Assembly (NCBI GenBank): GCA_964016885.1
Contig: OZ024740.1
Span: forward strand, 428,854,001 to 428,918,000
Length of the DNA: 64,000 nt
Reading direction: 5' to 3'
DNA from: Eledone cirrhosa
Taxonomy: Eukaryota
Part shown: positions 13,290 through 25,339 of the stretch, piece by piece
Layout: each line of letters begins with the position of its first letter
How positions within the stretch are numbered: position 1 is the first letter of the stretch
Position numbers and translations under genes: made by a program
Notes under the pieces: model-generated
Database searches by the model: none
Seen by the model: only the letters and a program-made list of their open reading frames with translations
Told to the model about the DNA's origin: nothing

Positions 13290-14090
13290 GCCACCACCAC
13301 CACCATCATCGCCCCCACCACCATCAACAACATTCTCATCATCATCACCATCACTATCATCGCTCCCCCTCCACTACCATCATCCCATTACTAGCACCAT
13401 CACCACCATCATCATCACCACCACCACCACCACCACCACCATCAGCACCATCACCATTACCACCACTACAATAATCATCACCTTCACTAACACCACCACC
13501 ACCATCACCAACAATAAGAGCAACAATATGGCCATCATATCATCATCATTGAGAGATATAGGGGGGGGGGAGAAAAAGAGGGCGATAGGGAGAGAAGAGG
13601 GGAAATGAGAGAGGGCGGAAGAGAGGACGAAAACTGAGAGAGATGAAAGAAGGAGACAGAGAGATATAGGGGAGAAAAGATAGAGAGGAGGAGAGAGAGG
13701 GGAGAAAAGAGAGAGAGGGAGAGGGATGAGGGAAAATGGGAGAAGGAGAGAGAGATAAGGGTAAACGAGAAAGAGGGGGGAGAGATGGGGGGAGAGAGAT
13801 GAGGAAAAATGAGAGAGAGGGAGAGAGATGGGAGAAAATGAGAGGGGGAGAGAGAGATGAGGGTAAGTTGGAGAGATGGAGAGAGATGAGGAAGAGAGAG
13901 ATGAAGGTAAGTGAGAGAGGCGGGAGCTGAGGATAAACGAGAGAGAGGAGAGAGGTGAGGGTAAACGAGAGAGAGGGGGGGAGAGATGAGGGTAAACGAG
14001 AGAGAGGGAGAGAGATGAGAGAAAATGAGAGAGGGAGAGAGAGATGGGAGAAAAGGAAGAGAGGAGGAGAGAGAGAGGAGGAGAGTGATA
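13290..14090. repeat. (CAC/CAT)n followed by GA-rich low-complexity tract
   Basis: Degenerate trinucleotide repeats, then polypurine (GA)n-like sequence. Confidence 0.9.
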
Positions 14091-14254
14091 AGTACGGAAT
14101 GACAACCGCTATCGGTTCAGTTGTAATTGGTGGCCGGAAGGGAGAGAATTGTTCGACTGGAAATCAAACCAAAATCCTAGAAACTAAAACAGAACCAGTT
14201 GGTAATTTTTACCTTTCAAGTGAAAATTGCTGGCAGCAATTTGAAATATATATG

Positions 14255-14307
<53 letters not shown>

Positions 14308-14389
14308 CATTAACTAAACTTAAATAACACAGAAAAAATAACAATTCGCTAAACAAATATTAACATATCTAAGTTCATGACACAGTATT

Positions 14390-14440
<51 letters not shown>

Positions 14441-14444
<4 letters not shown>

Positions 14445-14490
14445 CGAATGAAAGAGCTCTAGTCCTGTAGAAGTCATTTCTATAATAAAA

Positions 14491-14538
<48 letters not shown>

Positions 14539-14648
14539 GGTATAAAAAAGTCAGGAAGTTATATCCATAGTAGGTAGAGCACTCATTCCAGAGGACGAGT
14601 TCGGTATAGAGTTAGTTCCACAACAAATTAGCAAACCATACTCGAGGA
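14441..14648 (+). repeat. Interspersed repeat family D copy (internal (AT)n)
   Basis: Both halves recur as reverse complement at 31068-31327. Confidence 0.8.
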
Positions 14649-15152
14649 TGGATTTTTATCGTTCCGGCTTTTTGCCTTTTGAGTTCAAATGTGACCTAGA
14701 TAGGTTCATCGCATTTCTAACACCCTTAACAGCCCCATTTTAATAGATTTTTCTCTGGTGCCATGATTTGGGGGTCACTTTCCGGTTTCAAAATATCTAA
14801 CTTGTTCTGGTGGCCTTGAATGGGGCAACGGTCACTGTCGTCCCCGCCTTCATTAAACCGTAAACAAAAAAAAGAATTTCAAGTAAAAAAAGATATATAT
14901 ACATACTTCCATACATGCCTGTATGTAGATAGAGAGAGAGGAGGGGAGGGAGAGTGGCAGAGAGAGGGGGAATGAGAGAGAGAGAGAGGGAGAGAGATGA
15001 ATATATACAAACACATAAATAAGTATGTCCACACATGCCTGTATATACAAATATATTGATAGAAAATATATTTGCACGAGAGTGCACGTGTCTGTGTTTC
15101 TATAGATATGTCACCCAAACTCCTGTATATACCAACATATATCCTCCTATAT

Positions 15153-15345
15153 ATAATTGTTTCTAATTTTGGCACAAGGCCAGCAATTATCCCAGTGCAT
15201 TACTGGTACTTTATTTTATCGACCCCGTAAGGATGAAAGGCAAAGTTAACCTCGGCGGGATTTGAACTCAGAATGACAAGGGCCGTAACTTTATGCGTCA
15301 AAGCATGACGTCCGGCCCTCTACCGATACTGCAAATCCACCGCCC
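15153..15345 (-). mobile_element. SINE family A copy flanked by an 82-bp direct duplication
   Basis: 15078-15159 is repeated at 15364-15445. Confidence 0.9.
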
Positions 15346-15498
15346 TAATACATAATTGATACAGAGAGTGCACGTGTCTGTGTTTCTATAGATATGTCAC
15401 CCAAACTCCTGTATATACCAACATATATCCTCCTATATATAATTGATACATTCATCATGTGAGGCCTGACAATCTTTAGGTTTTAACAATATATCTAT

Positions 15499-15956
15499 AT
15501 TATAATACAAACGGTGGATTGCCAGTATCGGTAGAGAGTCGGACACCATGCTTTGAAGCATAGAGTTACGTCCCTTTATGATTTCAAATCCCGCCGAGGT
15601 TAACTTTGCCTTTCATCCTTACGGGGTCGATAAAATAAAGTACCAGTAATGTACTGGGTAATCGCTGGCCTTGTGCCAAAAGTAGAAACAATTATTTTAA
15701 TAACCTGTTATTTTCGTTTACAATTTTATTTACATCATTCTTAAACTCCGGAATTACGTGTGTGTGTTCGTCGGCGCATACGTATGTACTGGCGTCAATC
15801 TTCACTATTTACTTTTACTATGTTAAGGCAAAGTTAAAATCCCGCCGAGGTTAACTTTGCCTTTCATCCTTACGGGGTCGATAAAATAAAGTACCAGTAA
15901 TGTACTGGGTAATTGCTGGCCTTGTGCCAAAAGTAGAAACAATTATAATACAAACG
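15499..15956 (+). mobile_element. Composite insertion: SINE A, ~130-bp spacer, 5'-truncated SINE A, inside one 15-bp TSD
   Basis: SINE copies at ~15511-15695 and ~15836-15945. ATTATAATACAAACG at 15499-15513 and 15942-15956. Confidence 0.8.
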
Positions 15957-16189
15957 ATTTTAGGAAGGTCTTGGGGAGATTTAAGGGGAAGAAACAATGA
16001 AATTATTGCCGAGATCTTCACAGACCAAACATTGCAGAAGTTGTATTGTATTTGATTATTAGAATTCCAAGAGGGGCGGCGTTTCTGTTATTCCCACTAA
16101 ACATAAGTGGTGAAAGCGGCAGGTGGAATATTTCTGTCACCTCCCCCGGCTTCTTATTCTCTTGTTATTCTCACTTTGTTGTCTGTAAT

Positions 16190-16330
16190 TATATATATAT
16201 ATATACGTGTGTGTAAATATATTATATATGTATGTGTGTATATACACATATATATATATATGTATAAACACACACATACATATATAATATATATACACAC
16301 ACATATATATATATATATATACACACGCAC

Positions 16331-16421
<91 letters not shown>

Positions 16422-16444
16422 TATATATATAAATATATGTACAG

Positions 16445-16517
<73 letters not shown>

Positions 16518-16549
16518 GTATATACACATACATAGATACACACACATAC

Positions 16550-16634
<85 letters not shown>

Positions 16635-16660
16635 TATATATATATATATACATAATATAG
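16190..16660. repeat. (AT)n/(AC)n microsatellite
   Basis: Long dinucleotide runs that explain the YIYI ORFs. Confidence 0.97.
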
Positions 16661-16725
16661 AAGAAAGAAAAGCGAAGTAGTTTCAGATGTTCAAGTCCTC
16701 TAATATACATAATATATATATATAT

Positions 16726-16780
16726 GGGCGGTGCCCCAGCATGGCCTCAACCGGATCGCTGGAACAGGTAAAATAGTAAT
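16726..16780 (+). mobile_element. Short 3'-terminal retroposon fragment
   Basis: GGCGGTGCCCCAGCATGGCC...AAAATAG between AT tracts, recalled as resembling a common octopus LINE/SINE 3' tail. Confidence 0.45.
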
Positions 16781-16822
16781 ATATATATGTATATATATTA
16801 TATATATATAGGAAAAAGTATG

Positions 16823-16919
16823 ACCCCGACGGCAGAGCTCAAGCCGTTTCGACGGCTATTTCTGGACTAAATTAGAATGTTTAGCCTGGTGAATAAATAG
16901 CCGAACTTGTCAAGGGGGT
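16823..16919 (-). ncRNA. Type I hammerhead ribozyme (UUGACAA core)
   Basis: Minus strand: ACCCCC-TTGACAA-gtt CGGCTATTT...AAATAGCCG tc-GAAA-CGGC ttgagctct GCCG-TC-GGGGT. 5-bp stem III, GUC triplet. Confidence 0.75.
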
Positions 16920-17106
16920 ACTTCCTTATATGGGAAGATTGTAGTTGTCAAGAGGATTGGTTAAAATTTGTTGTAAACACAAATAAGTCTATCATGGCAT
17001 TTGGTGGGAGGTAGGGGTGGCTGAACTTGCCTGTAGAACAATAGGGGAGTGAGTGGAGCGGTCAAGCGTTGAAGGTGATATGTATACATTTCCCATATAA
17101 GGAAGT

Positions 17107-17203
17107 ACCTCCTTGAAAAGTTCGGTTTTTTATTCACCAGGCTAAAAATTCTAATTTAGTCCAGAAATAGCCGTCGAAACGGCTTGAGCTCTGCCGTCGG
17201 GGT
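17107..17203 (+). ncRNA. Type I hammerhead ribozyme (UUGAAAA core), second arm
   Basis: ACCTCC-TTGAAAA (17113-17119)...GAAA (17176-17179) CGGC..GCCG-TC (17197-17198)-GGGGT. A few stem I/II mismatches. Confidence 0.68.
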
Positions 17204-17384
17204 CATACTTTTTCCTATTTCCCACTCTACTACCCTAAGTATTGAGTACTCTGGTGCGTTATGGTCCACCTGGTTCCTTACCACAATTCCTTTGTTATAT
17301 ATATATATATTGTTTTTATAATTGTTATATTTATATATTTTAGCCGATGTTGTTGTTGTTGTTGTTCTCCCTCGCCGTATTTTG

Positions 17385-18194
17385 TCATACACACACACAC
17401 ACATATCACACACACACATACATAGCACACACACACACATACATACATATTACACACACACATATCACACACATACATACATATCACACACACACATACA
17501 TACATATCCCACACACACATATACACATATCATACACACGCACATACACATATCACACACACATATACATATCACACACATACATACATATCACACACAC
17601 ACATACATACATATCACACACATACATATCACACACACACACATACATATCACACACACACACACATACATATCACACACACATACATACACACATATCA
17701 CACATACACATACATACATATCACACACACACACATACATACATATCACACACACACACACATACACATATCACACACACACACATACATACATATCACA
17801 CACACATACACATATCACACACACACATACATACATATCACACACACACACATACATACATATCACACACACACATACACATCACACACACATCACACAC
17901 ATACATACATATCACACACATACATACATACATATCACACACACACAAATACACATATCACACACACACACATACATATCACACACATATATACATATCA
18001 CACACATACATATATATCACACACACACGCATACACATATCACACACACACAGACACACATATGTCACACACACACACATACATAAATATCACACACACA
18101 CATACATACATATCACACACACACACACATACATACATATCACACACACACGCATCTCACACACACACGCACACACATATCATACACACATATA

Positions 18195-18230
<36 letters not shown>

Positions 18231-18520
18231 CACACACACATATATACATATCACACACACATACACATATCAAACACACACACATATATCACACACACAC
18301 ACATCTCACACACACATACACACATATCATACACACACATATCACACACACCCTCTAGCACACACACACACACACCACACACACCCCTCACAGCCTCACA
18401 CCCTGAGTCCCCCCCCCACATACCCCCCACACCACCGCCGCCACCACTCACCCCCACCCCACCCCACCCCACCCCCTCACACATCACACACACCATCACC
18501 CCCACCATATCACACACCAC
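17385..18520. repeat. Compound (CA)n/CATAT microsatellite and C-rich tract
   Basis: Degenerate CACACACATACATAT units; the HTHT ORFs are artefacts. Confidence 0.95.
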
Positions 18521-18759
18521 TGACATGTGAAATAAAATCTCGTCAGTGTATTCAGGGTTGAAACAAGAATTACCATATTTATGTCACAATAGCAAATTGT
18601 TGAGATTTCATTATAGCAGCAGATAAACAGATTGTCTCTCTTACCCCACCCCCTTCCTTACCTACCCGACCCCCTCTAAACCCCCACCCACTTTCCAACC
18701 CACACCCCCATTCTTAACCCGCTTTCTTTCTTACCCTCACCCGCTTTCTCCTCCTATTT

Positions 18760-18970
18760 CATTCTTACCCCCCTCCCCTTCTTTCTTTCGTTTTTTTCAT
18801 TGTTTTTTCTTTTGTTCTTTTTTCTTTGTTTTTTTCTTTCGTTCGTTTTTCTTTCGTTTTGCCTCTTTCTTTCCTTCGTTCTTTGTTTCTTTTTTTCTTT
18901 TTTCTTGCTTTCTTTCCTTTTTTTGCTTCTATTTTTCTTTTCTTGTTATCTTTATTTTCTTCTTCTTCTC
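18760..18970. repeat. T-rich polypyrimidine tract
   Basis: TTTC/TTTG low complexity. Confidence 0.9.
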
Positions 18971-19029
18971 CCATTATTTGCGCCTTGGCACCGCGATATG
19001 GACTTCTTCAACATCACACCGCCATTAGC

Positions 19030-21110
19030 TACAACAACAACAACATAAAACAACAGCAATAACAACAGCAACAATAATATTAATACCATTAACACACAGC
19101 AACAACAACAACAGCCACACCAACACCAACAACACAACAAAAACAACACCAACATCAACAACACCAACAACGACACCACCACCACCACCAACAACACCAA
19201 AAACAACAACACCAAAAACAACAACAACAACACCAACAACACCAACAACAACAACACCAACACCAACAACACCAACAACACCAACACCAACAACACCAAC
19301 ACCACCAACAACAACAAAAACAACAACACCAACAACAACAACAACAACAACAACACCAACAACACCAACAACAACAACACCAACACCAACAACACCAACA
19401 ACACCAACACCAACAACACCAACACCACCAACAACAAAAACAACAACAACACCAACAACACCAACAACAACAACACCAACACCAACAACACCAACACCAC
19501 CAACAACAAAAACAACAACACCAACAACACCAACAGCAACACCATCAACACCATCAACACCAACACCATCAACACCATCAACAACACCAACAACAACACC
19601 AACAACACCAACAACACCATCAACAACACCAACACCAACAACAGCCACAACACCAACAACAACAACACCAACACCAACACCAACAACAACACCAACAACA
19701 ACACCAACACCAACAACACCAACACCAACAACACCAACACCAACAAGAACACCAACAACACCAACAACACCAACACCAACAACAGCCACAACACCAACAA
19801 CGACACCAACAACACCAACAACACGAACAACAACACCAACAACAACACCAACAACAACACCAACAACACCAACAACACCAACAACAACAACACCAACAAC
19901 ACCAACAACAAGACCAACAGCACCAACAACAATAACAACACCAACACCAACAAACACCAACAACACCAACAACAATAACAACACCAACACCAACAACACC
20001 AACAACACCAACACCAACAACACCAACAACACCAACAACAATAACAACACCAACACCAACAACACCAACAACGCCAACAACAATAACAACAACAACAACA
20101 ACACCAACACCAACAACACCAACAACACCAACAACACCACCAACAACAACAACACCACCAACAACAACAACAACACAAACACCAACAACGACACCAACAA
20201 CACCAACAACACGAACAACAACAACAACACCAACAACAATAACAACACCAACACCAACACCACCACCACCAACAACAACAACAACAACAACACCAACAAC
20301 AACACCAACAACACCAACAACACCATCAACAACACCAACACCACCAACAACACCAACAACACCAACAACACCAACAACAACAACAACACCAACACCAACA
20401 CCAACACCAACAACAGCACAAACACCAACACCAACAACAACAACACCAACAACAACAACACCAACACCAACACCACCACCACCAACAACAACAACAACAA
20501 CACCAACAACAACACCAACAACACCAACAACAACACCAACACCAACAACAACACCAATACCAACAACACCAACAACAACAACACCAACAACAACAACACC
20601 AACACCAACACCACCACCACCAACAACAACAACAACAACACCAACAACAACACCAACAACACCAACAACAACACCAACACCAACAACAACACCAATACCA
20701 ACAACACCAACAACAACACCAACACCAACAACAACACCAATACCAACAACACCAACAACAACAACACCAACACCAACAACAACACCAATACCAACAACAC
20801 CAACAACAACAACACCAACAACAACAACAACACCAACAACAACAACAACACCAACAACAACATCAACAACACCAACAACACCAACAACACCAACAACAAC
20901 AACACCAACACCACCAACAACACCAACACCAACAACACCAACAACAACAATACCAACAACACCAACAACAACAACACCAACAACAACATCAACAACACCA
21001 ACAACACCAACAACACCAACAACAACAACACCAACAACACCAACAACAACACCAACAACACCAACAACAACAACACCAACAACACCAACAACAGCCACAA
21101 CAACTCTACA
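19030..21110. repeat. ~2-kb (AAC/ACC)n trinucleotide array
   Basis: Mixed AAC/ACC triplets, nearly free of G and T on the + strand. Confidence 0.97.
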
Positions 21111-21456
21111 ACATCATCAATAGAAGTCATGTTTCTATCATTCTCGCTCTTTCTCTCTCTCTCCCTAATACTCTGATTATGTATCCCCCCCCCCCTGTTT
21201 CTCTCTGTTTTATATATTAAATTGGTCAGTGCTGTCGTATCAGTTGAAACCGCGACAAGGGCGAGATTAATGGTGAAACGATCGTATTTTAGATTGCTGT
21301 ACTAGGAATCTATCTGCCGCTAACTCTGTAAAAGTTTGTCTATATATCTATATCTATATCTATATCTCTCTCTCTCTATATATATATAAATGAAAGTATA
21401 GAAATTATTGTGATCGTGAAGCCAACAGTATTTCATTATATCTATCTATCTATCTA

Positions 21457-21490
<34 letters not shown>

Positions 21491-21494
<4 letters not shown>

Positions 21495-22284
21495 CACGTA
21501 CACCAATTAAACAATGTCAGAGGTATATATGTGTTTTGGCAACTTATTCACGATGTGGCTCAATGAAGAATTAATAAATTAAATAATCAGAGCAAAATAC
21601 TAGAGTAAAACATGTCCAGAGAATTATTTGATAATATATATACATCATCTCTACTCCCAATCAGCATAATTAACCACACAAAAAAGTAATTAGACCCGGC
21701 TATAAGAATAAAAGGCATCTATGAAGAAACTGTAAATAAATATACCATTGCGGCGTCTTTGCGCACAACCGCTATAGAATATTTACCCAACATTTCAACA
21801 CCACGTTGAAATTAATTAAATAAACGGTCAACGATACATAATTAGGTAAAAATTAATGTTAGAAATGTTTATATACATACCAGGATTAAATCACTAAATC
21901 CCGACCCTCGGGTTTCGCTCACTTTTGAGATACCTTATTAAGGAAATACTCGAGTTTTAGAGCTCTTCAGGGGACAAAGTCGCTAGGACATATTATTTTC
22001 CGAAGTGGCCCCCGCCAAACAAGAATTCAAAATGGTTGAGAACTGGGACGTGGAAGTGGTCAAGTCAGGAAGGGTGTGATTGGTTGCTTACGGCGAGTGG
22101 GCTGGTTGCTAGAAAGCGCAGCCTAATATCGCCCAAATTTTATCTCAACCTTATGGGAGATTATTAAATATAAAAATATTTACACATACACCAATTAAAC
22201 AAAGTCAGAGGTATAAATGTGTTTTGGCAACTTATTCACGGTGTGGCTCAATGAAGAATTAATAAATTAAATAGTCAGAGCAAA

Positions 22285-22288
<4 letters not shown>
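21491..22288 (-). mobile_element. Partial-tandem hammerhead element (688-bp unit plus 110-bp terminal redundancy), retrozyme/pLTR-like, family HH-C
   Basis: Direct repeats 21491-21600 and 22179-22288, (AT)n on both sides, internal hammerhead, no ORF. Confidence 0.75.
21898..21975 (-). ncRNA. Type I hammerhead ribozyme
   Basis: Minus strand: GTCCC-CTGAAGA-GCTC...GAGC-GAAA-CCCGAGGG-TC-GGGAT. Canonical core, GUC triplet, near-palindromic stem III. Confidence 0.82.
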
Positions 22289-22360
<72 letters not shown>

Positions 22361-22503
22361 AGTAGATGTTGGTTGTATACCAACACCTCAGTATGCCGAT
22401 TGGAGCACTCGACGAAGTACGCAGGTTGGTTTAGTTATTCCGGAGTAATGTAAAATAAACTAAAATAAATAAGTCAAATATTTAAAATTTGGCTTCGTTT
22501 ATT

Positions 22504-22558
22504 ACTGCTATATATATTTCGGTGAGAGCCATCTTTGGCTGTGACCTCTTCAGGCACT
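22504..22558 (-). ncRNA. Type I hammerhead ribozyme, left arm (some stem mismatches)
   Basis: Minus strand: GTGC-CTGAAGA-GGTCACAGCCA aaga TGGCTCTCACC-GAAA-TATATA-TA-GCAG. Confidence 0.7.
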
Positions 22559-22659
22559 CCGAATTAGTGTGGTAGAGACGAGTACACATGCCCAGTTCCT
22601 GGTTGGGTTGTTATTTCACCTCAACAACATGTGTACTCGTCTCTATCACACTAATTCGG

Positions 22660-22714
22660 ACTGCCTGAAGAGGTGACAGCCAAAGATGGCTGTCACCGAA
22701 ATATATATAGCAGT
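22660..22714 (+). ncRNA. Type I hammerhead ribozyme, intact
   Basis: ACTGC-CTGAAGA-GGTGACAGCCA aaga TGGCTGTCACC-GAAA-TATATA-TA-GCAGT. Perfect 5-bp stem I, perfect 11-bp stem II, palindromic ATATATAT stem III. Predicted cleavage after A22709. AATAAA at 22715. Confidence 0.88.
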
Positions 22715-22758
22715 AATAAACGAAGCCAAATTTTAAATATTTGACTTATTTATTTTAG

Positions 22759-22836
<78 letters not shown>

Positions 22837-22839
<3 letters not shown>

Positions 22840-23065
22840 AAGCTGTGGCACGCCGCCCAGGCTTTGCTCTTCCTCTCAAGCACATCATCTTCCGTATTCC
22901 CAATCTTTGATCCCAAATACAGGAAGTCCTCAACCAATTCTAGCGGCTTCCCGCCTACATTAGTAATTCCCTCTGGCTTCTCAACATTCTCTACCAGATA
23001 TTTTGTTTTAGTCTCATTCATTCTCAGCCCCACACTCATCGACACAGTCTCCACCTCCTGCATCA
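22837..23065 (-). mobile_element. RTE-type LINE fragment (RT C-terminal part), inverted 5' segment
   Basis: VGLRMNETKTKYL...LELVEDFLYLGSKI...KSKAWAACHSL, typical RT domain 6-7/thumb motifs of RTE-like LINEs. Confidence 0.85.
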
Positions 23066-23446
23066 AATCCTCGTAAAGACCTGAAAATCCGCCTCTTCAT
23101 TGCTGTAGTGGAGTCTGTGTTGCTGTACGGGTCTGAGTTTTGGACACTGACCAAGAAACTCACTCAGATGGTGGGTGGGTGCTACACGAGAATGCTGAGG
23201 ATGGCTCTGAACATTAATCAGTATACACTGAGGATGAAAAACTCTGGACATCCAGAGTTTACATTGCACTCAGTGCTCCTGTGGGAGCCCCTACATGGAC
23301 ACACTAGATGAGGAAGACCACGGTTAACGTATGTTGATGCCCTAAGGACAGACACTAGTCTGTTGGAGAACATGGCAGCGATAATGAGGGACAGAGACCG
23401 CTGGAGAGAACTCGTCCATGGATCTCGGGAATTTTACCCGCCCTAG
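23066..23446 (+). mobile_element. RTE-type LINE 3' end, decayed
   Basis: LKIRLFIAVVESVLLYGSEFWTLT...CYTRMLR...GRPRLTYVD...DRDRWRELV. One in-frame stop and an internal deletion; terminal TAG runs into (AT)n. Confidence 0.88.
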
Positions 23447-23451
23447 ATATG

Positions 23452-23482
<31 letters not shown>

Positions 23483-23637
23483 GTATATAAATACATATAT
23501 TTGATCAGAGGTAAACACTGTATTTAAGTCGAGTGACGCAATTTCGAGTGGTTAGACTCACCTGATCAATGAAGCAATTGTTAATACTTGAAATGAAGCC
23601 CCTTGTTGTACAGCCGACCATCTTATTCTTCATTCTT

Positions 23638-23704
<67 letters not shown>

Positions 23705-23825
23705 TTATAAATATAGTTTCCATTTATTAATATATTGTGTATTTACTCCACACATTGTTGAGTGCTTTATATCAGATATAACAATTTTTAAGCTTGTTGA
23801 ATTCCAACAAATTAAATATAACCTC

Positions 23826-23890
<65 letters not shown>

Positions 23891-23919
23891 ATGTGGGTGT
23901 GTGTGTGTATGTGTGTGTC

Positions 23920-23989
<70 letters not shown>

Positions 23990-23994
23990 AAAAG

Positions 23995-24100
23995 AGTCAG
24001 GACCCCGACGGCCTAACTCTGGCCGTTTCGACAGCTAGTTCTGAGTATCGAGTACTCTGGTGTGTTATGGTCCACCTAGTTACCACACTTCCTTTGTTAT
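23995..24100. mobile_element. Rearranged HH-B copy (inverted half-hammerhead joined to the 3' tail)
   Basis: GACCCCGACGGCC..GGCCGTTTCGACAGCTA matches the 16.8-kb arm. GAGTACTCTGGTG...CCTTTGTT matches 17244-17296. Confidence 0.75.
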
Positions 24101-24106
24101 ATATAT

Positions 24107-24165
<59 letters not shown>

Positions 24166-24220
24166 AACGGAAAAAAATGAAGCGAAATTTCATTTCTCAC
24201 TCTTAGTACCGCCGTTACTT

Positions 24221-25212
24221 AAATATAAGTATGTATACGTACATACATATATGTATACAGACGTACAGTAGTATGTATATATATATATATATATATATAC
24301 ATACATGCACACATATATATGTGTACGTATGGATTCACCGAACATTTATTATAATGCTCGGTGTGTTTGTAAACAAACATCCCGAATTAAGCCGTACAGT
24401 GTTTAGCAACCATCGTTGCTCATTTGTTCAACCCTGACAAAGGAAGGCTGTACTAGTTTCAAGCTTATTAGCTATCGTCAGCAACGTATACCTTCCTGCC
24501 AGATGATTGAACGTCTGAAAGTATGTACTTTCCTTATGCATATTAACGGCTGAACAGCCTAATTTGCATATCGAGTGAGTTAATCGGCCGGGGTACCGAA
24601 AACGATAAATGGAAAAAATGAATCGACTGTTAATGAAACGACTGTTATTTAAATATAAGTATGTATACGCACAGTATTATGTATATATATATACATACAT
24701 ACACACATATATATATGTACGTATGGATTCACCGAACATTTATTATAAGTTAATAAGCTTGAAACTAGTACAGCGTTCCTTTGTCAGGGTTGAACAAATG
24801 AGCAACGATAGTTGCTAGACACTGTACGGCTTAATTCGGGATGTTTGTTTACAAACACACCGAGCATTATAATAAATGCTAAATATAAGTATGTATACGT
24901 ACATACATATATGTATACAGACGTACAGTAGTATGTATATATATATACATACATGCACACATATATATATATATCTACGTATGGATTTACCGAACATTTA
25001 TTATAATGCTCGGTGTGTTTGTGAACAAAAGAGCAACGATGGTTGCTAAACACTGTACGGCTTAATTTGGGATGTTTGTTTACAAACACACCGAGCATTA
25101 TAATGAATGTTCGGTGAATCCATACGTACATATATATATGTGTGCATGTATGTATATATATATATACATACTACTGTACGTCTGTATACATATATGTATG
25201 TACGTATACATA

Positions 25213-25215
<3 letters not shown>
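24221..25215. mobile_element. Complex nested direct/inverted repeat element with hammerhead, family HH-E
   Basis: Unit starting AAATATAAGTATGTATACG at 24221, 24651 and 24881. Inverted copies at ~24751-24878 and ~25022-25215. Confidence 0.75.
24447..24485 (-). ncRNA. Minimal type I hammerhead ribozyme
   Basis: Minus strand: GTTG-CTGACGA-t AGCT aata AGCT t-GAAA-CTAG-TA-CAGC. Palindromic stem III ACTAGT, GUA triplet. The 3' half is repeated on + at 24751-24777. Confidence 0.75.
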
Positions 25216-25252
<37 letters not shown>

Positions 25253-25339
25253 TGACTGAATACACACTTACTTTTTAGCTTTTTCTCGAAGAACATTTTT
25301 TTCTTTACTTCCTCTTCTCACTATATTTCTATTTCATAT

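Larger units (their letters stand above)
16808..17296. mobile_element. Fold-back hammerhead element (Penelope-like pLTR derivative), family HH-B
   Basis: Inverted arms 16808-16936 and 17090-17218, each with a hammerhead. (AT)n on both sides. A related rearranged copy lies at 23995-24100. Confidence 0.75.
22458..22760. mobile_element. Fold-back hammerhead element (133-bp inverted arms), family HH-D
   Basis: Arms 22458-22590 and 22628-22760, 37-bp spacer, hammerhead followed by AATAAA in each arm, ends at (AT)n. Confidence 0.82.

Noticed and set aside
16107-21130. YIYI, HTHT, poly-V/L/C and N/T-rich ORFs
   Set aside because: These are translations of microsatellites.
21274-21292. GAAACGATCGTA hammerhead-like 3' half
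   Set aside because: No upstream CUGANGA/UUGANAA core or stem I partner found.
23528-23570. Minus-strand GAGT..ACTC-GAAA-TTGCG-TC half-hammerhead
   Set aside because: The 5' core is missing; at best a truncated remnant.
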